9,588 nucleotides of DNA from an uncultured Gammaproteobacteria bacterium (GTDB lineage Bacteria > Patescibacteriota > Patescibacteriia > UBA2591 > UBA6264): NCBI GenBank assembly GCA_964507075.1, contig CAZDOL010000002.1, positions 37,777 through 47,364 of the forward strand, read 5' to 3'. A program made the position numbers and the translations under genes. The notes below the pieces were generated by a model. The model was not told the origin of the DNA. It ran no database searches and saw only the letters and a list, made by a program, of their open reading frames with translations. Below, one piece after another: positions 1 to 6,406 of the stretch. The stretch's first letter is position 1. Every line of letters begins with the position of its first letter.

Positions 1-19
1 AGCATGAGAACATGAGAGC

Positions 20-48
20 ATAATGAATGTCTAATGTTTAAATGTCAA
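20..48 (-). promoter_or_regulatory. mirror-image promoter candidate on minus strand, TTGACA (48..43) - 17 nt - CATTAT (25..20)
   Basis: It is the inverted counterpart of the 126-153 promoter. A minus-strand ATG at 13..11 lies 7 nt after the -10 element (another at 21..19). All three minus frames stay open to the window edge, but only 4-7 codons are visible, so I call no CDS. Confidence 0.3.
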
Positions 49-63
49 ATTTTTTTGACATTT
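40..63. repeat. perfect palindrome AAATGTCAAA-tttt-TTTGACATTT (10-bp arms)
   Basis: Read directly: 40-49 is the reverse complement of 54-63. It contains two inverted TTGACATT units. It could be an operator, a weak AT-only hairpin terminator, or part of the larger inverted repeat spanning 1-172. Confidence 0.7.
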
Positions 64-75
64 GAGCTTTGCCCG

Positions 76-110
76 GCCTTCGTAGCCGAAGCTACTTCGG
101 CGGAGTAGGC
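76..110. other. GC-rich hairpin island with mutually exclusive pairings
   Basis: GCCGAAG (85-91) pairs with CTTCGGC (95-101): 7 bp, loop CTA. CTTCG (78-82) can alternatively pair with CGAAG (87-91). GCCT (76-79) pairs with AGGC (107-110). GTAG/CTAC/GTAG sit at 82-85, 92-95 and 105-108. The island stands out against nearly pure A/T flanks. Confidence 0.5.
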
Positions 111-125
111 GATTTGATTTGACAT

Positions 126-153
126 TTGACATTTAGATTTTGACATTCATAAT
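126..153 (+). promoter_or_regulatory. sigma70-type promoter candidate, TTGACA (126-131) - 16 nt - CATAAT (148-153)
   Basis: Perfect -35 hexamer, 5/6 -10 hexamer and 16-nt spacer. The predicted start falls at or next to A161 of the ATG, implying a leaderless or near-leaderless mRNA. This rests on sequence match only. Confidence 0.4.
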
Positions 154-160
154 GTTGGTT

Positions 161-1294
161 ATGTCTCAGAAGATAATTAAAAAACAAACAGTAACTCTTT
201 TTTTGTCTGTCTTAATGTTAGGGCTTTTTATTTTTGTTACTTATTTTTGTTGGGTGCCAGACACTTTAATCTCTTTCGTTCCCGACAATGTTCTATTTTA
301 TGCTCATTTAAATCTCAATAAACTTCATTATTCTGGACATTTGGCTCAAAAGTGGTTTAGGATTAATAACGATAGAACAGAAAATATTTTCAACGAATAT
401 TTGATTAATTCAGATATTAATAATTTTTTAGATGAGATAGCTATATTTATTTTACCAGAAAATGACTTGGACATTAGTCAATTTGGACTAATTCTTAAAA
501 GCAAAACAAATTTAAAAGATTTACGAACCTTGTTGCCATCTTCTTGTTCTGTTCAGCAAATATCAGATAAGGTTTTTGTGGTCTCTCCCCAGATTGATTT
601 AGATATATCAAAAAATTTAACATCTTTTTCCAAAGAGAATAGATTTCGATTTATTAGCCCCTTTAACAAAGAACCTTCCTTAGTTCAGGGTTATGTCAAT
701 TTAGAATTAATGTCTGTTTATCTACCAATAAAGAGAAAGTCTTTAGAATTTAAATTTGCTAGATTTAATATTTTATATCCTTCATCTAAGAACAATAAAT
801 TATTTTTTGAAATAGAAAATAAGAGTAATTTTGATTATTCTTTATTTAGCGTTCAACAAAATGATTTTTCCGTTTTAAGAAATATTTTTGATTTTGTTTC
901 TATTTTTCCGCGACAAGAATCTCTTGACGAATTGAAAAATAAAATTAAAATTTATTTGGCTCTACAAAAACCAAAGGAACGCAAAGTTATATTGCCCGAC
1001 AATTCTTCTTTCATAGAATTAGTCGCTGACCCTCAAGATTTTATATTTAAAAGAGAAGGAATAATAGATTATTGGCAAGAATCGCTAGATCAGGGCACTG
1101 AGATTGCTCTTTTCCAAGACCAAAAACGTACTTTTTTTTCCAACAATCACGTTTTACTAAAAAAAATTGTTTCAATTGAAAGAGAAAAAAATCCAATTCC
1201 AGTTTTATATTGGGAGATTGACAGCTTTTGGCTACAAAGGTTAGTTCTTGAGGAAAAAGATCAGAAGATTGAGGGTTTCTTGGAATTAAAATAA
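161..1294 (+). CDS. hypothetical membrane-anchored protein (single N-terminal TM helix, large non-cytoplasmic domain; no family recognised)
   Basis: Long ORF (track 140..1294 from TTG) with in-frame ATGs at 152 and 161. I prefer 161 because the TTGACA-16nt-CATAAT promoter match at 126-153 overlaps the 152 ATG and would start transcription near 161. MSQKIIKKQ followed by the hydrophobic TVTLFLSVLMLGLFIFVTYF looks like a signal-anchor. TAA stop at 1292-1294. I can assign no catalytic or family motif. Confidence 0.7.
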   Translation: MSQKIIKKQTVTLFLSVLMLGLFIFVTYFCWVPDTLISFVPDNVLFYAHLNLNKLHYSGHLAQKWFRINNDRTENIFNEYLINSDINNFLDEIAIFILPENDLDISQFGLILKSKTNLKDLRTLLPSSCSVQQISDKVFVVSPQIDLDISKNLTSFSKENRFRFISPFNKEPSLVQGYVNLELMSVYLPIKRKSLEFKFARFNILYPSSKNNKLFFEIENKSNFDYSLFSVQQNDFSVLRNIFDFVSIFPRQESLDELKNKIKIYLALQKPKERKVILPDNSSFIELVADPQDFIFKREGIIDYWQESLDQGTEIALFQDQKRTFFSNNHVLLKKIVSIEREKNPIPVLYWEIDSFWLQRLVLEEKDQKIEGFLELK

Positions 1295-1399
1295 TTTTGT
1301 TAAGTAGGGTTGTGGATAAGTTAACTTGCTATTTGTCTTTTTGGTTATATACTAATACCCAAACTCTCAAGTAAGATTACTTTTTCTAATTTTTAAAAA

Positions 1400-1445
1400 T
1401 TTTGATACTTCTCTTTGCAGAGTATCAAAAATCTTTTTCTTTTTA
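1400..1445 (+). promoter_or_regulatory. 10-bp inverted repeat plus T-tract: terminator of the 161-1294 gene or leader attenuator/operator of the dksA-like/lspA unit
   Basis: TTTTGATACT (1400-1409) pairs perfectly with AGTATCAAAA (1421-1430) around an 11-nt loop. It is followed by ATCTTTTTCTTTTT and ends about 8 nt before the 1453 start codon. Confidence 0.35.
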
Positions 1446-1452
1446 ATTTATT

Positions 1453-1827
1453 ATGTCTAATAATTTTTTGTCTATTATCAAGGACAAGCTAAAAAAACAA
1501 CAAGAAAAAATCAAGAAACAATTGGCAGAAGTGTCTAATCGTAGTAAAAGAAAAGGTGGTTATTCTTACGAAGCTAAATTTCCAGAATATGGACGTTCAG
1601 AAGACGAAAACGCTAATGAGGTTGCTGATTTTGCAGATAGTATTTCTTTGGGGAAAAGTTTGGAAAATTCTTTGATTGAAGTAGAGTTAGCTTTGAAGAA
1701 AATTGATAGCAATCAATACGGTGTTTGTGAAATTTGTAAGAAAAAAATTAATCATCAAAGATTAGCAATATTGCCGACTGCCAGATATTGTTTAGGTTGT
1801 AAAAATAACAGAAAAAATGGGATTTAG
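1453..1827 (+). CDS. DksA/TraR-family C4-type zinc-finger protein (YlyA/YteA-like, putative RNA polymerase-binding regulator)
   Basis: The C-terminal CEIC-x17-CLGC motif is the DksA/TraR CxxC-N17-CxxC zinc finger. It is preceded by a charged, probably coiled-coil region with an acidic stretch (EDENANEVADFADS). TAG stop at 1825-1827. It sits directly upstream of lspA, as ylyA does in Bacillus subtilis. Confidence 0.85.
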   Translation: MSNNFLSIIKDKLKKQQEKIKKQLAEVSNRSKRKGGYSYEAKFPEYGRSEDENANEVADFADSISLGKSLENSLIEVELALKKIDSNQYGVCEICKKKINHQRLAILPTARYCLGCKNNRKNGI

Positions 1828-2254
1828 TATTAGCGAATCCAAAGCATTAATGCTCCGCAGAGCTTCTTTTTTTGTATTTTTTTTTGTTTTGGATAGAATA
1901 TTGCGGAAAATTGCTATAAAGGGTTGGATAAATTTTTCTCCGAATAAAAATATTGCTTTTGGAATTCCTTGCCCGGATTTTATTTTATATCCTTTACTGA
2001 TATTGATTTTTTATTTTGTGGTTAGTAGTTTGATTTCAGCTTATCAAAAAGAAAATGCTGGAGAATTTTTTGCCTTTGTTTTGATTTTTCTTGGAGCATT
2101 AAGTAATGTATTAGACAGAATCAATTATTCTTTTATTATTGATTATTTAAATTTTTTCTCTCTGAGCACTGTTAATTTAGCTGATTTAATGATTTCAGTA
2201 GGAATTGTTATTTTAATTGGTCAAAAATTTTTCGGTCTTCGCTTGATTAAATGA
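1817..2254 (+). CDS. lspA: lipoprotein signal peptidase (signal peptidase II)
   Basis: LspA signature blocks are present: NKNIAFGI (N-x-G-A-A-F-G-like), LGALSNVLDR (GNxxDR, catalytic Asp), IIDYL, and VNLADLMISVG (FNxAD, second catalytic Asp). It has four hydrophobic segments and typical size. The start at 1817 overlaps the upstream gene by 11 nt; ATG 1850 is an alternative start. Confidence 0.85.
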   Translation: MGFSISESKALMLRRASFFVFFFVLDRILRKIAIKGWINFSPNKNIAFGIPCPDFILYPLLILIFYFVVSSLISAYQKENAGEFFAFVLIFLGALSNVLDRINYSFIIDYLNFFSLSTVNLADLMISVGIVILIGQKFFGLRLIK

Positions 2255-2276
2255 TTTAATTTGTTATATTCATATT

Positions 2277-2453
2277 ATGAAAGAAAAAGAAAACAACAAA
2301 AAGAAAAATCCCAAAGAACACAAACGTTTGTCTGCGGGAATTCGTAAATTTATTCGTAAAGAAAAAGCTCGTTTGCGTAAAGAGATTTCAGATCCAAAAG
2401 AACAAGATAAATTGATTAAGAAATTGTACGAAGGATTTATTTCTAATTCTTAA
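2277..2453 (+). CDS. small polybasic hypothetical protein, 58 aa (not in supplied ORF track)
   Basis: My translation of ATG 2277 to TAA 2451-2453 gives MKEKENNKKKNPKEHKRLSAGIRKFIRKEKARLRKEISDPKEQDKLIKKLYEGFISNS (20 K/R, 9 D/E). It fills an otherwise 210-nt gap in a tightly packed same-strand gene string and ends 11 nt before the mltG start. There is no recognisable family, and the purine-rich low-complexity 5' part keeps confidence modest. Confidence 0.45.
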   Translation: MKEKENNKKKNPKEHKRLSAGIRKFIRKEKARLRKEISDPKEQDKLIKKLYEGFISNS

Positions 2454-2464
2454 TTTTTTGAATT

Positions 2465-3520
2465 ATGAAAAAAAGTGGCGCATTTTTAAGTTATTTAATA
2501 TTTGTAGTTTTGGTTCTTTTTTTGTATTTTCGTTTCAATTCAGGAGAATCAACAAAAGAAGAGTCAATTAGTCTAACAGAAAACGTTTCTTCAGAAGAGA
2601 AGCGTTTTGTTATAGAAAAAGGAGACGGCCTAAAAGAGATTACCGACAAATTAAAAGAACAAGGAATTATTAAAAGTGAAATATTTTTTCAGGCCTATGC
2701 TTTTTTGTTTAACATAAAAGATAATTTTTTGCCCGGAGAATATGATTTATCTGAAAAAATATCTTTAAAAAATTTGCTTTCTGTTTTGTCTACCTCTCCT
2801 TTAGCTGCAGAAAAAACTATAACTATTATAGAGGGTTGGGATAATAAAAAAATTGCTCTATATCTAGAAGAAAATGATTTAGTTAGTCAGGATGATTTTT
2901 TTGAAGCCCTAAACATCTTAAGCGCTGATGAGGGTTTTATATCTTTATATGAATTTTTACCCGAGAATATAGATAAATCAGAAATTTCAGAAATATTTCA
3001 AGGTTACCTCTTCCCAGATACTTATCGTTTTTATGAAGAAACTACAGCTCAGGCAATTATTAAGAAAATGATTGCTAATTTTAGTCAAAAATTAGACGCA
3101 GAATTAATTATGGGTATAGAAAAGTTAGAAAAAACAATTCCTGAAGTTATTACTTTGGCTTCTTTGGTAGAAAAAGAAGCGGCGTTAGATCAAGATCGTC
3201 GATTAGTTGCTGATATTTTTTGGAACAGGATTAAGGTTAACTGGGCCCTAGAATCTTGCGCTACCATTAATTATATTTTAGGAGAAACAAAAGAAAGGTT
3301 GAGTTTTGAGGACACTAGAATTCCCTCTGTTTATAATACTTATCTTCATACTGGTTTGCCGCCAGGACCAATAAATAGTCCTGGTTTGTCTTCTATTAGA
3401 GCGGTTATATATCCTTTAGAAAATAATTATTGTTGTTTTTTGTCCACTTCTGAGGGAAGAATAATTTTTAGTCAGACCATTGAAGAGCATAACAGAAATA
3501 AGCAAATATATTTACAATGA
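2465..3520 (+). CDS. mltG: endolytic murein transglycosylase MltG (YceG-like)
   Basis: N-terminal TM anchor, then YceG blocks: LASLVEKEA (catalytic Glu region), VADIFWNRI, ESCATINYILG, and NTYLHTGLPPGPINSPG. TGA stop at 3518-3520. Confidence 0.9.
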   Translation: MKKSGAFLSYLIFVVLVLFLYFRFNSGESTKEESISLTENVSSEEKRFVIEKGDGLKEITDKLKEQGIIKSEIFFQAYAFLFNIKDNFLPGEYDLSEKISLKNLLSVLSTSPLAAEKTITIIEGWDNKKIALYLEENDLVSQDDFFEALNILSADEGFISLYEFLPENIDKSEISEIFQGYLFPDTYRFYEETTAQAIIKKMIANFSQKLDAELIMGIEKLEKTIPEVITLASLVEKEAALDQDRRLVADIFWNRIKVNWALESCATINYILGETKERLSFEDTRIPSVYNTYLHTGLPPGPINSPGLSSIRAVIYPLENNYCCFLSTSEGRIIFSQTIEEHNRNKQIYLQ

Positions 3521-3999
3521 AATTTATCCGGAAATTTTGCCATAATTCAATATTAAAATTGAAACGTTTTTGGCTGTCGAAGATTATTCTAAGGTTGCCT
3601 ATTATAAAGAAAAATCTTTATGTAAAGCAGTTTGTAAAATTTGTTTTAGTGGGAGCGATTTCTACTTTGATTGATTTTGGTATTTATATTTTTCTAACTA
3701 GATTTTTTGTTTTTTGGCAAACTCACTATTTGTGGGCAAATTTTACAGCAATGATTGTTGCTTCAATAGTTAATTTTTTGGCCAATAAAAGTTGGACTTT
3801 TAAGAATGGTAAAAAGAAAATATTAGATCAATATATTCATTTTTGTATAGTGTTGGTTGGGGGACTATTCGCTTATCAATTCCTTTTCGGTTTTTTGGTT
3901 GCAAATTTGAATTGGTATGACATTATTGGTAAAGCAATTGCCGCTTTTGTAATAATGTTAGTTCGTTTTCATTTACATAAATTTTGGGTTTTTAAATAA
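3517..3999 (+). CDS. GtrA-family membrane protein (polysaccharide/glycolipid synthesis-associated)
   Basis: Four-TM small protein with the GtrA pattern: FVKFVLVGAISTLIDFGIY, NFLANKSWTFKN, RFHLHKFWVF. The ATGA start/stop overlap with mltG (3517-3520) suggests translational coupling. Confidence 0.85.
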   Translation: MKFIRKFCHNSILKLKRFWLSKIILRLPIIKKNLYVKQFVKFVLVGAISTLIDFGIYIFLTRFFVFWQTHYLWANFTAMIVASIVNFLANKSWTFKNGKKKILDQYIHFCIVLVGGLFAYQFLFGFLVANLNWYDIIGKAIAAFVIMLVRFHLHKFWVFK

Positions 4000-4013
4000 A
4001 TTAAACATTTTTT

Positions 4014-4472
4014 ATGGTTATCGACGGAGTTAAAATTAAAAAAATTACTCGTTTTTTTGATGACCGTGGTTTTTTTTCTGAGATTATCAAGATCGGAGAA
4101 GAAACATTTAAAGAAATAAAACAAACTAGTTATACTGAAACTTATCCAGGGATTATCAAGGCCTTTCATTGGCACAAAAAACAATATGACGTTTGGTTTC
4201 CAATTAAGGGAAGCATTCAAATGGTTCTCTATGATTTGCGAGAAGATTCTCAAACATTTAAAAAAACTCAGGTTATTTATGCAGGCGAAGATAGGCCTTT
4301 ATTGATATTGATTCCCCCTAAGGTTGCTCATGGTTATCGTGTTTTGGGAGACAAAACAGCCGGACTTTTTTATCATACTAGCGAAGCTTATAATCCAGAT
4401 AGTCCAGACGAAGAAAGGATTCCTTTTGACGACAAAGTCATTGCATTTGATTGGCAGACCGAAAATAAATAA
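4014..4472 (+). CDS. rmlC: dTDP-4-dehydrorhamnose 3,5-epimerase-like cupin (short RmlC-type)
   Basis: RmlC-like blocks are present: FFDDRGFFSE, the HWHKKQ.D.W..IKG region (His/Lys), DLREDSQTF (D.R..S.TF), IPPKVAHGY, and YHTSEAYNPDSPDEERIPFDD. It lies immediately upstream of rmlB. At 152 aa it is shorter than classical RmlC, so the exact activity (epimerase versus related sugar isomerase) is uncertain. Confidence 0.75.
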   Translation: MVIDGVKIKKITRFFDDRGFFSEIIKIGEETFKEIKQTSYTETYPGIIKAFHWHKKQYDVWFPIKGSIQMVLYDLREDSQTFKKTQVIYAGEDRPLLILIPPKVAHGYRVLGDKTAGLFYHTSEAYNPDSPDEERIPFDDKVIAFDWQTENK

Positions 4473-4493
4473 TTTGTAATAATTTAATTATTT

Positions 4494-5492
4494 ATGAAAT
4501 TAATAATTACAGGAGGATTAGGCTTTATAGGAAGCAATTTTATTCGACATATGCTTAAAAAATATTTTGATTACCAGATAGTTAATTTAGATATTCAGAA
4601 TTACTGCGGGAATCCGGAGAATTTACGGGACATTGAGAAAGACCCCCGCTATAAATTTGTTAAAGGAGATATTTGCGATATCCAGTTAGTTGATGAATTA
4701 GTTAAGGGTTGTGATGCCATTGTTCACTTTGCCGCTGAAAGCCACGTAGACCGCTCAATTTTGGACTCAGCGCCATTTATTAGAACAAATATATTGGGTA
4801 CAGTTAACTTATTAAATGCAGCCCGCAAACATGGAAATAAAAGATTTCATTTTATCAGTACAGACGAAGTTTTTGGTAGTTTAGGGCCTACTGGTTATTT
4901 CCACGAAAAGTCTCTTTATGACCCACACAGCCCTTATTCTGCATCTAAAGCAGCGAGCGATCATCTTGTTCGCTCTTATTTTTATACCCACAAACTACCG
5001 ATTACGATTACTAATTGTTCTAATAATTATGGCCCTTATCAATTTCCAGAAAAATTAATTCCTCTGTTTGTGACTAATCTTTTAGAAGGCAAGAAAGTTC
5101 CTGTTTATGGAGATGGTCTGAATGTTAGGGATTGGCTTTATGTTGAAGACCATTGTCAAGCCATAGATTTGGTGTTGCATAAGGGTAAAATTGGAGAAAC
5201 TTATTGTGTTGGTGGAGATGAAGAAAAAACTAATTTGGAAATTACCCATAAAATACTGGAGATTTTAGGTTTTGGTGAAGAAAAAATTGAACATGTTATT
5301 GATCGCAAGGCGCATGACAAGCGATATGCTATTGATGCTTCTAAGATTAAAAAAGAATTAGACTGGAAACCACAACATACTTTTAAAGATGCAATGAAAA
5401 AAACTGTTGAATGGTATAAGAAAAATCAAGAATGGTGGAAAAGGATTAAAACAGGAGAATATCTTGATTATTATAAAAAACAATATAAATGA
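4494..5492 (+). CDS. rmlB: dTDP-glucose 4,6-dehydratase
   Basis: Extended-SDR signatures: GGLGFIGSNF (Rossmann), STDEVFG (TDE), YSASKAASD (YxxxK), and NCSNNYGPYQFPEKLIP. Length and termini are typical of RmlB/RfbB. Confidence 0.93.
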   Translation: MKLIITGGLGFIGSNFIRHMLKKYFDYQIVNLDIQNYCGNPENLRDIEKDPRYKFVKGDICDIQLVDELVKGCDAIVHFAAESHVDRSILDSAPFIRTNILGTVNLLNAARKHGNKRFHFISTDEVFGSLGPTGYFHEKSLYDPHSPYSASKAASDHLVRSYFYTHKLPITITNCSNNYGPYQFPEKLIPLFVTNLLEGKKVPVYGDGLNVRDWLYVEDHCQAIDLVLHKGKIGETYCVGGDEEKTNLEITHKILEILGFGEEKIEHVIDRKAHDKRYAIDASKIKKELDWKPQHTFKDAMKKTVEWYKKNQEWWKRIKTGEYLDYYKKQYK

Positions 5493-6316
5493 AAAAATTA
5501 TTTGCTCTTATTGGCATTGTTGCCCTTTTAGGAATGACATTAGTAGGAACACTTAATCTTTTGTTATCTAGACCACCAAGCATAGGGCCATCATTAAATA
5601 ACGAGACACAAGAAGATGTTTCAGATACAAAAGAAACAGGGCTCATTAATATAGAGCCAATTTTGACAGAAGAATTATTGGAAGAGGAAGAAGTTGATTT
5701 TATTTTAAAACCAGAAGTTAAAATAGATGTTCCTTTTTATGCTCAATCTCCTTTTGCTGAATGGGATGAGTTGCACAATGAGGCATGCGAAGAGGCCTCA
5801 TTAATTATGGCTGAATCTTGGATTAAAGGAGAAATATTAGATTCAGAAAATTTAAATCAAAAGATTTTAGATTCAGTAGCTTGGCAAGAAGAAAATTGGG
5901 GAGGACATTTTGACCTTAATGTTCAAAAAGTAGTGGAATTAGCTAATCAATATTTTGGCATTAAAAGAATATATTATACTTTTCTTAATTCTGTTAATGA
6001 TGTGAAAAAAGAGTTAAACAATGGTAATTTGGTAATTGTGCCAACAGCTGGTAGGTTGTTGGGAAATCCTCATTATCGTGAATTAGGGCCCGCTTATCAT
6101 ATGTTGATTGTTATTGGGTATAACAAAAAAGAGATAATTACTAATGATCCCGGCACACGCAATGGTGAAAATTTTTCTTATTCTGATGATGTTTTTTTTA
6201 ACGCCATTCACGATTGGCCATTTTCTTTAGAAGAATTTAAGTTTCTTTCTAAAGACGAGAAAGCAGAAGAAGTCAGATTGCAGGGCGAAAAAATGATGAT
6301 AGTGGTGGAACGATAA
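5489..6316 (+). CDS. membrane-anchored C39-like cysteine peptidase domain protein (Peptidase_C39_2-like)
   Basis: N-terminal hydrophobic anchor (LFALIGIVALLGMTLVG), an acidic linker (EELLEEEEVD), then VPFYAQS...NEACEEASLIM (VP.Y.Q ... C-E..S-L.M Cys block), later HMLIVIGYN and ITNDPG (His and Asp/Asn blocks). ATGA overlap with rmlB (5489-5492). TAA stop at 6314-6316. Confidence 0.7.
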   Translation: MKKLFALIGIVALLGMTLVGTLNLLLSRPPSIGPSLNNETQEDVSDTKETGLINIEPILTEELLEEEEVDFILKPEVKIDVPFYAQSPFAEWDELHNEACEEASLIMAESWIKGEILDSENLNQKILDSVAWQEENWGGHFDLNVQKVVELANQYFGIKRIYYTFLNSVNDVKKELNNGNLVIVPTAGRLLGNPHYRELGPAYHMLIVIGYNKKEIITNDPGTRNGENFSYSDDVFFNAIHDWPFSLEEFKFLSKDEKAEEVRLQGEKMMIVVER

Positions 6317-6325
6317 ACATTGGAA

Positions 6326-6390
6326 CCCTGTAAAGTCGCTACGCTCACACTGGGCACGGCCCAGTAAAGTCTCTACGCTCCTACAGGGCA
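6326..6390. repeat. nested hairpin built from two 27-nt direct repeats (6330-6356 and 6364-6390, 23/27 identical)
   Basis: Outer helix CCCTGTA (6326-6332) / TACAGGG (6382-6388). Inner helix ACTGGGC (6349-6355) / GCCCAGT (6359-6365), loop ACG. The shared repeat core is GTAAAGTC.CTACGCTC. 38 of 65 nt are G/C in an AT-rich context. Confidence 0.75.
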
Positions 6391-6406
6391 AGCACTAGAA
6401 CACGTT

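Noticed and set aside
64-118. tRNA, riboswitch or small self-cleaving ribozyme in the GC-rich islands (also 6320-6400, 6440-6525)
   Set aside because: I could find no cloverleaf with T-loop GTTCRA and no conserved cores of the hammerhead, twister or pistol classes that I can recall. The only CTGATGA (6183-6189) lies inside the peptidase coding frame (YSDDV). A covariance-model scan is still needed to be sure.
1311-1319. Replication origin suggested by a perfect DnaA box (TGTGGATAA)
   Set aside because: Only one box is present. I see no cluster of boxes, no adjacent dnaA/dnaN, and no AT-rich unwinding-element arrangement beyond general AT-richness. I keep it only as a possible regulatory site.
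3969-4253. 94-aa minus-strand ORF overlapping the gtrA end and the rmlC-like gene
   Set aside because: It is antisense to two well-supported CDS, has a low-complexity F/K/N-rich translation typical of AT-rich shadow frames, and shows no motif.
5446-5646. 66-aa minus-strand ORF across the rmlB / C39-peptidase junction
   Set aside because: It is a shadow ORF antisense to two supported genes, short, and has no recognisable features.
6330-6390. Mini CRISPR array formed by the two 27-nt direct repeats
   Set aside because: The repeats are separated by only 7 nt, differ at 4 positions and are embedded in a nested hairpin. No spacer-sized unique segment exists.
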